From Nitrospirota bacterium (GTDB taxonomy: Bacteria; Nitrospirota; UBA9217), in NCBI GenBank assembly GCA_963737155.1, contig CAVTRN010000001.1, positions 1,376,001 to 1,440,000 on the forward strand: a stretch of 64,000 bases of DNA. Reading direction: 5' to 3'. How positions within the stretch are numbered: position 1 is the first letter of the stretch; the number at the start of each line of letters is the position of its first letter. This document shows, one piece after another, positions 18,152 through 29,871 of this stretch. Position numbers and translations under genes: made by a program. The notes beneath the pieces were generated by a model. It saw nothing but the letters and a program-made list of their open reading frames with translations, was not told the DNA's origin and made no database searches.

Positions 18152-19543
18152 ATGCAGAACAAAGTGGAGGATGACGATATGGTTCGGATCAACAAAAGGA
18201 AATTTATTATTGCCGCGCTGGTTATTTTGCTGACGGGAATGGTTATCGGTCAGCAAATGGTTCAGGCCAAGCCGGATACCTATGAAGAGCTGAAGTCCTT
18301 CACACAGGCTCTCGAAATTGTGAAGCGCAATTATGTCGAAAATCCCGATAACCGGGAGCTCATCGAGGGTGCCATCCGGGGTATGGTTGCCAGTCTGGAC
18401 CCCCACTCATCGTTTATGAACGAACGGGAGTTCAAGGAAATGAACATGGATATCCGGGGCGAGTTTACGGGTGTCGGGATCCAGATCGGGATCAAGGATC
18501 AACAGCTTACTATCATTGCCCCAATCGAGGATACGCCCGGTTTCCGCGCAGGCCTTGCCGCAGGCGACAAGATTCTCAAGATCAATGACGAATGGACCAA
18601 GGATTTCTCGATCGAGCAAGCCGTGGACAAAATGCGCGGTCCCCGCGGCACGCCGGTTCGCTTGATGATACTTCGCGAAGGGTGGGACAAACCGAAGGAG
18701 TTCAAGATTATCCGCGACGTGATTAAGGTTGTGAGCGTCAAATCCCGGATGCTCAATGATTCAATCGGATATGTGAAAATCATCCAGTTCCAAGGGCAGA
18801 CCGCAGATGAGCTGGAAAAGGCGCTGAAAGTACTCGAGGACAAAGGCATGAAAAAGCTTGTCATCGATCTGCGAAACGATCCGGGCGGACTTCTCGATGC
18901 GTCAGTGGACGTGAGCAGCAAGTTTCTGCCCAAGGACAGCCTCGTGGTGTACCTGCAGGGCAGACAGAAGTCTGATCGCAAGGATTTCCTGACGACGAGC
19001 ACGGAATTGCCGCGAAATTATCCCATCGTCGTGCTGGTAAATGCGGGCAGTGCAAGCGCATCGGAAATTGTTGCTGGCGCGCTCCAGGATTCTAAACGCG
19101 CGCTTATCGTGGGATCACAGACCTTCGGCAAGGGATCGGTCCAGACAGTATTCCCACTCGAAGGCGGTGGCGGCCTCCGGCTTACAACGGCAAAGTATTA
19201 TACCCCAAGTGGGCGCTCGATCCAGAACGTGGGCATTACGCCGGACATCGACGTGAAGCTTCCAACAGTCAAGGAGGCAAAAAACGGCGATACTGTTCAC
19301 ATGATGGTTCGCGAGAAAGATCTCGAACATCATTTGAAGAACGAGACAGTGAAGGAAGACAGGAAAAAAGAAAAGCCCGTGGAAGAAGAAGACTTCACGA
19401 TGGAGATGTTGCCGAAAAACGATAAGGATGATATCCAGCTTCAGAAGGCAATTGAGATTCTGACGCCTTCGGTTTTGGCAGCAGACGTTTTCAAGTCAAT
19501 ACCCGTTACTGAGAAGAAAGATGATAAAGTGAATGTACGCTAA
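18152..19543 (+). CDS. ctpA: S41 carboxyl-terminal processing protease (start may be 18179)
   Basis: LDPHS, PDZ domain, DLRNDPGGLL, SASASEIV and TFGKGSVQ. Confidence 0.93.
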   Translation: MQNKVEDDDMVRINKRKFIIAALVILLTGMVIGQQMVQAKPDTYEELKSFTQALEIVKRNYVENPDNRELIEGAIRGMVASLDPHSSFMNEREFKEMNMDIRGEFTGVGIQIGIKDQQLTIIAPIEDTPGFRAGLAAGDKILKINDEWTKDFSIEQAVDKMRGPRGTPVRLMILREGWDKPKEFKIIRDVIKVVSVKSRMLNDSIGYVKIIQFQGQTADELEKALKVLEDKGMKKLVIDLRNDPGGLLDASVDVSSKFLPKDSLVVYLQGRQKSDRKDFLTTSTELPRNYPIVVLVNAGSASASEIVAGALQDSKRALIVGSQTFGKGSVQTVFPLEGGGGLRLTTAKYYTPSGRSIQNVGITPDIDVKLPTVKEAKNGDTVHMMVREKDLEHHLKNETVKEDRKKEKPVEEEDFTMEMLPKNDKDDIQLQKAIEILTPSVLAADVFKSIPVTEKKDDKVNVR

Positions 19544-19764
19544 TAATTAGCGGAATAAGCATTCATTTCTTGGTTATCAGGATAATAAATCCTTATAAAA
19601 GCAGGACAACAAGTCCTGCTTTTTTTTATCAAATGCGAAGCAGAAGACCATGGACGTTAGCCCATCTTTCGCAGATTGATCATCTTTTAAACTATTTTTA
19701 AGCTGATTTGAACAACCAATATATTGATTTTTTTGACTGGTGATATTTAAAAACCGCATGTAGT

Positions 19765-20347
19765 GCCGACTACCCTCTTGACAGGAAGCGACAAAGTCAC
19801 ACGCCTGAGCATCACGATCACTAAAAAAGATGAACGATGCAACTGGACGCTCAAAACAAGCGGCATATCTCTTGCGTGCGAACTGGCCCGAACGCGATCC
19901 GTAGGAGCTGTAGAGGACCTATGTCGAGCTGACGCAGGTGGAGGATGCTTTTCGCATAAACAAAAGCGATCTTGGTATGCGACCAATTTTCCATCAGAAG
20001 AAAGATCGCACCCAGGCGCACATCCTTGTGTCTTTCCTCTCACTTGCCATGTGGCGGATGCTCTTCACTGGATGTCCTGTTCCGGCATCGGAATTGCGCC
20101 AAGGAAACTAATCGAAGAACTCCGTTTCGTAAAATCGCTCGATGTGTTATTGCCAACACGCGATAAGACAATCAGACTTCGGATAGTGAGCAAGGTGTCG
20201 AAAGATTTGCAGCCGCTTCTTCAGAGACACAGCTGCCGTTACCGATCAAACCGAAAATAGTTGAAAATATAGTGCCGTCTTTTGCCAATTGTGCCAGCTA
20301 AGAAACTGATTTATTGGAACTTTGAATTTTTAACTGCGGAAGACGGG
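19765..20347 (+). mobile_element. IS1634-family remnant (transposase 3' end plus right end)
   Basis: Broken frames AYLLRANWPERDP*EL*RTYVELTQVEDAFRINKSDLGMRPIFHQKKDRTQAHIL and APRKLIEELR..SLDVLLPT; putative end AACTGCGGAAGACGGG at 20332-20347. Confidence 0.82.
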
Positions 20348-20540
20348 TTAGCCGGTGGATGAATGTGTCTCCCTGTGTTACACTCTACATTCTGGGCAGG
20401 CAGTAGGGGTTGCTTTTGTAATCTTAAAGTACCACAGGTGTAAGCCATAGAGATCTGTTAAAATAATTAGAAAATCACTAAATTCTTCCTAATTCTGACT
20501 AAATCAAACTAGAAACTCCAATTTTAGCCAAAAATAGGGT

Positions 20541-20594
20541 TTGCATTTTTTCTGTCCGAGAAATATATTAGCACTCGCCATGAAGGAGTGCTAA
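20541..20594 (+). promoter_or_regulatory. groESL promoter with CIRCE operator (HrcA site)
   Basis: TTGCAT-17 nt-TATATT overlapping a perfect TTAGCACTC-N9-GAGTGCTAA at 20568-20594. Confidence 0.95.
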
Positions 20595-20642
20595 TACTCC
20601 GATGCAATAATAAATATTAACTCACAGAAAGGAGTTGAATGT

Positions 20643-20909
20643 ATGAGTGTCAAATTTAAGCCATTGAAGGATCGAGTGTTCGTAAGCTATACGGCGGAAC
20701 TGGAGAAGACCGCAGGAGGTCTTTATATTCCTGATACTGCCAAGGAAAAGCCGCAGAGTGGCAAAGTCGAAGCAGTGGGTGATGACGTGAAGTCCCTAAA
20801 GGTGGGAGACAAGATTCTCTTTGACCGCTATTCAGGGTCCAAAATCAATATCGACAATGTCGAGTACCTCATCGTAAAAGAGGAAGATGTGCTCGGGGTC
20901 CTGAGCTAA
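20643..20909 (+). CDS. groS: Co-chaperonin GroES
   Basis: FKPLKDRV, TAGGLYIPDTAKEKPQ and EEDVLGV. Confidence 0.97.
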   Translation: MSVKFKPLKDRVFVSYTAELEKTAGGLYIPDTAKEKPQSGKVEAVGDDVKSLKVGDKILFDRYSGSKINIDNVEYLIVKEEDVLGVLS

Positions 20910-20943
20910 GTCCCTTTTAATTATTAACATCAAGAAAACGTAA

Positions 20944-22626
<1,683 letters not shown>

Positions 22627-22656
22627 GAATAAGTTTTCTTTCAAGAGGAAATACAC

Positions 22657-22693
22657 AGAGGCCGGAGGGATTCATTCCTTCTGGCCTTTTTTT
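22657..22693 (+). terminator. groEL intrinsic terminator
   Basis: AGGCCGGAGGGA-ttcat-TCCTTCTGGCCT followed by a T run. Confidence 0.85.
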
Positions 22694-22754
22694 GTCCGAC
22701 GTTATTTTTGTTGTCGAATGGATGGTCCAAAAAATGGAAGTCGGGCCGCCGATA

Positions 22755-23270
22755 GTGAGCACTGGGCAGCGCACTGGTCATGAGGGTTGAAGTCCCTCCG
22801 GCGCTCGGATGAGGTACGCCGTATACAAAGGCGGGGGTAATGCCTCGCTGGCCAGAGGAAGTGGAAGGCATGGAGAAGCCTAAACAGGCACGAAGGCGAA
22901 AGCCGGATACAGCCAAGGCAGACCTGGAGCCACCACGTGCAGCACTTTGGGGAGGGCATGGTGTCCATCGTGAGATGGAATCCGAAGGGCATGAGGAGAA
23001 GTACCGGGCCTTAATCGATGGGGTTACCCCGAGGATGAACCGGTCGGCCAAAGGCGGGTAAGGTCGAGTTTGCACTATTGAAGTCTTTCTCATTCACTCA
23101 CCGCACCACGGTGTTTGCGGGCGGTACGGAAGAATCAGTACGTGACCCCAGGAGGACTCCCGTGGTTTCCGGGTAGCACCGGAATAAGCAACTCTATAAC
23201 CCTTGATGAAATGAGAAGCGACGCCACGAGAGTCGTCGGACGACCAGATAATACCAGAAGTAAGGTGAAA
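22755..23270 (+). mobile_element. Group II intron 5' fragment (domains I-II and start of III; no RT ORF, no domain V/VI)
   Basis: Starts GTGAG (variant of GUGYG); GAGGG-TTGAAGT-CCCTC hairpin, GGCGAAAGCC tetraloop, domain II stem ACTCCCGTGG/CCACGAGAGT, then GTCGGAC..GATAATACC. Confidence 0.8.
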
Positions 23271-23592
23271 CGAAGAATCTAGGAGATCGTCATAAGCTAT
23301 CGAGATAGCTTTGCATGAACTTCAGGCATGAACGATCGTTTTTCAGATCCGGGTTCTTGTTGCCCTCTACATCGATTTCAGGTTTGAATACTGCTATCCG
23401 GTCAAGCGCAATTGACTATTCCCGTTGCTCCAGAGCGTCTGTTTCAGAGCTGCCGTTGTGATCGGAAGAAGGCATTTGTCCCTATTTTTTACGCCAGATG
23501 CGCTATAATAAAATCGGGAGTTATGGTTAATGAGCAATCGGGAATCGAGGACGACTTTTGGACACGAAAACAATTTGATATCTTTCTGAAAG

Positions 23593-24501
23593 GTGAATCC
23601 CATGAAGATCTTGCTGGCAACAGACGGTTCCGAATACTCTGAGGGTGCAGCCCACTTTCTGGCCAAGATGGCGTGGACGCGGGATGATGCCATTACCATT
23701 CTTCATGTTATCTCTGCGATTCCTTTTCATGAGGATGAAAAGTTTCATTTCAGTACGCTCCAGGCTATAAAAAAAGAGTGTGCTCCCCGTATCCTCGATT
23801 CAACTTTAGATATTCTCAAAACTGTCGATGCGAACATCAGTGTGGAGATTGTGGAAGGCTCCATGAACCAGTGCACGCCTGATCAGTGCATTATCTCCAC
23901 GGCAGAAACCTCGTGTGCGGACCTCATCGTTCTCGGGGGAAGGGGGATAAAGGTGCTTGCATCGATCCTCCTCGGAAGCGTTTCAAGAGCGGTTGCAATC
24001 CACTCGCCGAAGCCAGTCCTGGTTGTAAAATCGCAGCCCCCCGCGCGGCCTAACATAATTAATGTCCTCTATGCCGTTGACGGATCTGACCATTCCCTTA
24101 CCACAGGGCGGGTACTGACTTTCCTGCCCTTGTCTGACACCACCAGTCTCACGATCATGAACGTCATATCATCAAACTTCCTCGACATTCCTGAACGGTT
24201 CGTCCCGGAGATAGGAGAACGCGTCAAGGACGCTGTGGCCGGCATACGGGCAAGGGAGTATTCTCATGCTGAAAAAAATATTGCACAGGCTAGGAATCAA
24301 CTGGAAGGTAGATTTAAACAGATAGAAGCTCTTACCAGGGTCGGAGACCCGTCTACGGAAATATTGAAACAAGCAGAGGCCATGAAGGCGGATCTCATCG
24401 CGGTCGGTTGCCGAGGGCTGCGGGGGGTCAGGGGGACCATGGGCAGTGTATCGAGGAATATCCTTGGTCATGCGACATGTTCTGTGTTGGTCGGCAGGTG
24501 A
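23593..24501 (+). CDS. Tandem universal stress protein (2 USP domains)
   Basis: KILLATDGS..ADLIVLG..GSVS and VLYAVDGS..ADLIAVG..GSVS..CSVLV. Confidence 0.92.
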   Translation: MNPMKILLATDGSEYSEGAAHFLAKMAWTRDDAITILHVISAIPFHEDEKFHFSTLQAIKKECAPRILDSTLDILKTVDANISVEIVEGSMNQCTPDQCIISTAETSCADLIVLGGRGIKVLASILLGSVSRAVAIHSPKPVLVVKSQPPARPNIINVLYAVDGSDHSLTTGRVLTFLPLSDTTSLTIMNVISSNFLDIPERFVPEIGERVKDAVAGIRAREYSHAEKNIAQARNQLEGRFKQIEALTRVGDPSTEILKQAEAMKADLIAVGCRGLRGVRGTMGSVSRNILGHATCSVLVGR

Positions 24502-24673
24502 TGCAAAAGACACCGCTGGGAGCTGCTTGCCAGCGGTTGAATATGCACATGCCCTATAATAGGCGCGAACGGTATTGACATAACGTCGTTTCAGTGTTAC
24601 CTTTCTCCAGTCGAGCCACATAATCTTATCTCTTTACATTCTCACCTCTTTTTTTCGGGACAGGAGACAGCCG

Positions 24674-25384
24674 ATGCTACCTTTCTATCTGCATGCGAAA
24701 AGTATATCCGATGCATGGTTCCAGCTTATCTATAACATTTTCGACCACTCCTATACGCAAAAAATTCAAAAAGGGTCTTTTGAAAAGGAGCAATATCGGC
24801 TGCAGTATCCCGGTTTGGCCGTGTATATTGAACATCCCTATGAAGACATGATTCCGCAGATCCCGCCAGCACTCGGGATCCCATCGCCGACTACCATGGA
24901 ATACATTGATGACTATTTTGTAAAATATTTAATGGACCCTACTCTCGCGGAGAATGAAACGTACACGTACGCAAGCAGGATTCAGCATCCAATGCCTAAA
25001 GGAGGGACACAGCTTGACCGGGTCATCGAGATGCTGAGGCATACTCCGCTCACGAACCAGGCCATTCTGGAAATAGGTTCCCCCGACGACCATGACGTAT
25101 GCATCGGCAATGATGGCAAACTCGACCCTCCGTGTCTCAGGCTTCTTGACTTCAAGGCAATCCCGGCGAACAATGAATTAGTGCTATCCCTCAGCTGTTA
25201 CTTCCGGTCGTGGGACCTCTGGGCCGGCTTCCCGACGAATCTCGGTGGACTGGAGCTTCTGAAAAAGTATGTTGCGTCGGAAACCGGGCTGAAGAATGGC
25301 CCCATGTATGCGTACAGCGCTGGCGCCCACATCTACGGCTATCAGGAAGACATCGCTCGCATACGAACACTGCGCCAGAAATAA
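24674..25384 (+). CDS. thyA: Thymidylate synthase-family enzyme (short, archaeal-like)
   Basis: TYTYASR, DPPCLR (catalytic Cys), YFRSWDL.AGFPTN and AHIY. Confidence 0.78.
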   Translation: MLPFYLHAKSISDAWFQLIYNIFDHSYTQKIQKGSFEKEQYRLQYPGLAVYIEHPYEDMIPQIPPALGIPSPTTMEYIDDYFVKYLMDPTLAENETYTYASRIQHPMPKGGTQLDRVIEMLRHTPLTNQAILEIGSPDDHDVCIGNDGKLDPPCLRLLDFKAIPANNELVLSLSCYFRSWDLWAGFPTNLGGLELLKKYVASETGLKNGPMYAYSAGAHIYGYQEDIARIRTLRQK

Positions 25385-25557
25385 TAGGGGAACCACGTAA
25401 TTTAATGATGTATCAAGATGGGCAATGGAGACTCAAGGTTTGGATGCTGTTAGCGGCAATGAATGCTACAAGAACACACTTGGCGAAAAATGGTTCTGGC
25501 GTCTGCTGATCGGGGTTCTGCCGGCAGGACGCAGGGGCCGGATTAATGTCGCAGAGC

Positions 25558-25592
25558 AAATAAAATGACCGGAAGGAGAAATCCCTCCGGTC
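25558..25592 (-). terminator. Terminator downstream of hemY
   Basis: GACCGGA.GGA/TCCCTCCGGTC hairpin with a minus-strand T-rich tail. Confidence 0.6.
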
Positions 25593-25629
25593 GTTGTCAT
25601 CTGGTCCTCTTGGCGTTGCCGAATGTCGA

Positions 25630-27054
25630 TTAACTCTTCAATATTTTCTCCGCCGCGATCTGTGCTTCGTGCACGCAGTCGCCGATCCCGATCCCTTTAT
25701 ACGAGCAGCCGATGAGGTGGAGTTTGGGGTGTGTTGCGAGCATCCGGTCGAGCAGGGCTATGCGGTCCAGATGGCCGACCGTATATTTCGGCATTCCTTT
25801 GTTCCAGCGGTATACTTTCGAGAACTGCGCATTCGCTCTGAGCCCGAGAATGCTGTCGAATTCCTGAAGCACCATTTTGACCATGCCTGCATCATCGAGT
25901 TCTTGGACTAGTTCTTCATGATGGCCGCCACCTACAAAAGCACGGATTAAAACAGTATCGTCGGGAGCACGGAAGGACCACTTGATCGAGCTGTAAGTTG
26001 CGGCATTGATTCTTTTCCCTTCGATGCGGGGAACGATGAACCCGAACCCTTTGAGCGGAATTTTGATATCCTCCTTTCGGAAGGCAATCGAAACGGTGGA
26101 GGATGATGACCATTCGATTTTGCCCAGCTGAACGGCCAGCGGTTGATCGAAACTCTTTACCATCGCTGCTGCATCATACGCCGCAGATGCTATCATGACA
26201 TGGTCAGCAAAAAGGGTTTCGCCATTTTCGAGCACGACCGCATAACCTTTGCCCTTCGGCTCAATGGCCTTGACCGGGGATCCCGTGCGGATGGATTCTT
26301 TGCCGATATAGTCGGCACAGGCCTGCGACAGGGTTTGCATGCCGTTCTTGAAGCTCATAAAATAGGTCATCTTCGGTTGGCCGGCTTTGGGTGGCGGGCC
26401 GCTTAGCGTTGCATGAGGCCTGCTCTTCAACGCCGCAAGCATGCCGAGGATCAGGCTGCCGCTTTTTTGCTCCATCTGCACGAAGCGCGGGAATGTTGCA
26501 AGCACGCTCATATTGTCCGGATTTGACGTATGGATACCGGCAACGAGTGGCTCAGCGATCTTCTCCAGACATTCGCGTCCCAGTCTCCGCGTGACAAATA
26601 AGGCAAGACTCTCATCTTCCATGATTTTGCGCTTCGGTACGAAGATGTCCATACCCATGCGCAGCTTGCCGTGCCAGCTGATGAGATGGGATTTTGCCAT
26701 GGGCCAGAACGAGGTGGGAACCATGAGCATGACTCCCTCGGGCAATGAATGGAGTTTTTTTTGTGAGTAAATAAAGGTGCCCTTGAACTGGTCGTTCGAC
26801 GGCAGCATTTCCGTTTCAAGGCCCAGATGCCTTGCAAGGTTCACACTCCAGACCTTCTCCGGAAGGAAACTGTCGGGACCGCCTTCAATGAGGTACTTGT
26901 CCTGCTTCTCTGTCAGGATCTTTCCGCCGAGCCGCCCGTTTTTTTCCAGCAGCAGTACCTCGACGGTTTTGTCATAGGCTTTGGCCCCCGCTTTGAGGTG
27001 GACGGCCGCCGCAAGGCCGGCAATCCCCCCTCCTATAATGATGATTTTCGGCAT
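25630..27054 (-). CDS. hemY: HemY-type copro/protoporphyrinogen oxidase
   Basis: GGGIAGL FAD motif, RLGGKI.T, EGGPDSF, GFGFIVP, MPKYTVGH and GIGIGDC. Confidence 0.93.
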   Translation of the reverse strand: MPKIIIIGGGIAGLAAAVHLKAGAKAYDKTVEVLLLEKNGRLGGKILTEKQDKYLIEGGPDSFLPEKVWSVNLARHLGLETEMLPSNDQFKGTFIYSQKKLHSLPEGVMLMVPTSFWPMAKSHLISWHGKLRMGMDIFVPKRKIMEDESLALFVTRRLGRECLEKIAEPLVAGIHTSNPDNMSVLATFPRFVQMEQKSGSLILGMLAALKSRPHATLSGPPPKAGQPKMTYFMSFKNGMQTLSQACADYIGKESIRTGSPVKAIEPKGKGYAVVLENGETLFADHVMIASAAYDAAAMVKSFDQPLAVQLGKIEWSSSSTVSIAFRKEDIKIPLKGFGFIVPRIEGKRINAATYSSIKWSFRAPDDTVLIRAFVGGGHHEELVQELDDAGMVKMVLQEFDSILGLRANAQFSKVYRWNKGMPKYTVGHLDRIALLDRMLATHPKLHLIGCSYKGIGIGDCVHEAQIAAEKILKS

Positions 27055-27133
27055 GGTTTTTTCCCTTCACGATGAATGGGGCATTTTTGAGTTGAGTCGA
27101 GCAGCGTCAAATCATCCCCCGACTACAATTTTT

Positions 27134-28033
27134 CTATAATGCTCTTTTGACTACATCGGCCAGCGCCTGGATGAACAAGGGAGAAGTGTTCAGCGACTCC
27201 GCCCTTTCGAAATTGATGCCCAGCTTTGTTGCATGCGCACGGTGGACAATATCGATATCGTATAAGGTCTCCATATGGTCGCAAGTGAAACCGATTGGCA
27301 CTTCAAGCACATTCTGGAACCCTTCCAGGACTATCTGGTTGAGTACTGTCTCCACCTCGGGTTCGATCCAGAGCTCTGTCGCGCGCGCTCCTTTGCTTTG
27401 CCAGGCAACGCGGTATTGGTTCAAGGCCAGACCGTCCGTAACGAGCTTCACCGTCTCCTCAACCTGATGTTGGTATGGATCTCCTGCGGCGATGTACCGC
27501 ACGGGGATGCTATGGCTCGTAAAAATAACAACAACGTTGTCCCGACGTTCTGTCGAGAAACGCTTCAAGCCGTCGAGCACCTTCTCCCTCCATGCTTTAA
27601 CGAACAAAGGATTGTCGTGCCAGCTCGCGATGAACTGCGGACAGGTCTCTCCGCTCCCCAGTCCTTCGCAAGCGCTCCGGTATGCGCCGGTTGTCACTTC
27701 TGTGGCGAAGGGGGACATGGAAAGTGCGATCACCCGACGGGCACCCTCCTTGATGGCCTCCTCGAACGATTCCTGAACGGTGGGATGGGAATACCGGAAA
27801 CCTTCGAAAACCTGGAAGCTGCCGCCCAGCTCCTGTTTGAGTGCGGTAGCCTGTGCTTTTACGAGTTCCGGCAGCGGTGATTTGCCGCCTATGAGTTTAT
27901 ATCGTTCCGTGATTGCCGTAACCACATGGGGTGGAGCAGGCCGCTCCATGAAGGCCGCCATAAAAGGGCCGACCTCATCGAGTGACCGCGGCCCTCCCAG
28001 GGCGATGAGTATTATTGCAGTTTGGTTGGACAT
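27134..28033 (-). CDS. hemH: Ferrochelatase
   Basis: LGGP, Y..IGGKSPL, SHSIP, GDPY, WQS, W.EP and DHMETLYDID. Confidence 0.94.
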   Translation of the reverse strand: MSNQTAIILIALGGPRSLDEVGPFMAAFMERPAPPHVVTAITERYKLIGGKSPLPELVKAQATALKQELGGSFQVFEGFRYSHPTVQESFEEAIKEGARRVIALSMSPFATEVTTGAYRSACEGLGSGETCPQFIASWHDNPLFVKAWREKVLDGLKRFSTERRDNVVVIFTSHSIPVRYIAAGDPYQHQVEETVKLVTDGLALNQYRVAWQSKGARATELWIEPEVETVLNQIVLEGFQNVLEVPIGFTCDHMETLYDIDIVHRAHATKLGINFERAESLNTSPLFIQALADVVKRAL

Positions 28034-28135
28034 AGAATAAAAAAAGGACCAAATATCAGGCAGTGAGGAGTAGGTCGAAGAGTCGGCTAGCTCACTGACT
28101 CCCCCCTCTTGGGTATTTGATCTGGCTGCTTGACC

Positions 28136-29167
28136 CTATCTCTTGCTCAACTCATGCGTTGCGTTAATGAACTCTTCAGCGTGATCGAGCGGCGTCTGCT
28201 GTAAGATACCGTGGCCGAGGTTCATGATGTGGCCTGCTCTTCCTCCCGCCTGGTCAAGGATTTCTTTTGTCCGCTTCCGGATGAACTCCCGGGAGCCGAA
28301 AAGGGAAATGGGGTCGAGATTGCCCTGCACCGACTTGTCGTATCCCACGCGTTTCCAAGCTGCGTCCAGATCGCAGCGCCAGTCAAGGCCGATTACGTCG
28401 CCTCCTGCTTCCGACACCATTTCGAGAAGATGAGTCGCGCCATGGGCGAAGTGGATGATAGGGACGGTCTTCTTGATACCCGCGATTACGTTCTTCTGGT
28501 GCGGTAGAACGAACTCGCGATAGTCGCTGGGTCCCAGCGCACCGACCCAGGAGTCGAAAATCTGCACCACCTGCACACCCGTATTGATTTGGGCGTTCAG
28601 GTAATTGATGATGACGCCAGTTAGGTGCTCCATGAGTTTGTGCCATGTTCTGGGCTCGGAGAACATCATAGCTTTGGCGTGTTCATAGTTGCGAGATCCG
28701 CCACCTTCTATTATGTAAGAAGCGAGCGTGAACGGCGCGCCTGTGAAGCCGATGAGCGGCGTCTTGCCGTTCAATTCCTTCAGCACGATTTTGATGGCCT
28801 TCATCAGGTAATCGATCTGAGATGCTGCATCAATGGGCCTGAGCTTCTCGACGTCGGCCATGGTGCGCACGGGATTATGGATCACCGGGCCCTCTCCCTT
28901 GGCGAATTCAAGGCCGATGCCCATGGGTTCGAGCGGAAGCAGGATATCGGCAAAGATGATGGCTGCGTCAATCTCGTAGCGCCGTACTGGCTGGATCGTA
29001 ACTTCCGCGGCGATTTCGGGAGTCTTGCACATCTCAAGGAATGTATGCTTTTTCCGGATCTCGCGGTATTCGGGAAGATACCTGCCCGCCTGGCGCATCA
29101 TCCACACTGGAGTGCAATCGGCTGGCTCACGTCTGCATGCTTTCAAGAACCTGTCTGCTCTAGACAT
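28136..29167 (-). CDS. hemE: Uroporphyrinogen decarboxylase
   Basis: PVWMMRQAGRYLPEY, IGFTGAPFTLASY..EGG and NLGHGI; start placed at MSRADRF. Confidence 0.96.
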   Translation of the reverse strand: MSRADRFLKACRREPADCTPVWMMRQAGRYLPEYREIRKKHTFLEMCKTPEIAAEVTIQPVRRYEIDAAIIFADILLPLEPMGIGLEFAKGEGPVIHNPVRTMADVEKLRPIDAASQIDYLMKAIKIVLKELNGKTPLIGFTGAPFTLASYIIEGGGSRNYEHAKAMMFSEPRTWHKLMEHLTGVIINYLNAQINTGVQVVQIFDSWVGALGPSDYREFVLPHQKNVIAGIKKTVPIIHFAHGATHLLEMVSEAGGDVIGLDWRCDLDAAWKRVGYDKSVQGNLDPISLFGSREFIRKRTKEILDQAGGRAGHIMNLGHGILQQTPLDHAEEFINATHELSKR

Positions 29168-29364
29168 CCTTACTGTCCCCCCATGATGGAAATAATGAAT
29201 TATTTGCCATAGTAAACGCTTATAATAGTATTTTATAGATGAAAACTCAAGCAATATTTCCTGGCAGCATGGATAGGTGAGAGTGTAGCGGTGCAGCGGT
29301 AATGAATTACCTGATAACAGTCATGGGGCGGTACTGTATATTTTGGGGCATGGTGATATATTTT

Positions 29365-29871
29365 TTACTCTGTTTCACAAGGAGGTATGCGTTCTTTTAA
29401 CATCGAGAGCCTCTTCGGCGTCAGTTCGCTTCTGATTGCAAAGTAGGGAAGCGCAGCATCGTCCTTTTTCTTTATGAGCAGCCATTCTTTACCTGTGCCC
29501 TTTGGGAGGCCCTTCATCTGCGCAAGCACAAAGGCACCTTTGAGCTTCTTTCCTTTCAATTCAAAGCTGAGTTTGCCTGATTTCAGCGCTGCTTCGGGAT
29601 CATTGGTCTCTAGCGGCACGAATTCTCCCGTATCCCAGACAATCACTGGCCCCGCACCGTAATTGCCCCCGGGAATGACGCCTTCGAAATCGATATAAAT
29701 CAGATCATGGTCGGGAACCATGATTGCCAGACGTTTGTCCGCGGCGTTCATGGAAGGCCCCTTCGGAATGGCCCAAGATTTGAGCACCCCGCCGATCTCC
29801 AGACGAAAATCATAATGATGTCTTGTTGATTTATGCTCTTGAACGACGAATCGAAGCCGTTTAGCGGCCAT
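29365..29871 (-). CDS. Standalone LigD-type DNA 3'-phosphoesterase
   Basis: FVVQEH..HYDFRLE..LKSWAIPKGPS..KRLA..DH...Y..FEG.IP..YGAG.V.VWD.G. Confidence 0.92.
   Translation of the reverse strand: MAAKRLRFVVQEHKSTRHHYDFRLEIGGVLKSWAIPKGPSMNAADKRLAIMVPDHDLIYIDFEGVIPGGNYGAGPVIVWDTGEFVPLETNDPEAALKSGKLSFELKGKKLKGAFVLAQMKGLPKGTGKEWLLIKKKDDAALPYFAIRSELTPKRLSMLKERIPPCETE

Noticed and set aside
22641-23093. 150-aa minus-strand ORF and overlapping short ORFs
   Set aside because: Antisense reading of the group II intron RNA domains.
24499-24540. USP stop TGA followed by a hairpin (possible Sec readthrough)
   Set aside because: The USP domain ends normally at SVLVGR and the hairpin lacks the GGTC loop seen in the two SECIS candidates; more likely a terminator-type stem.
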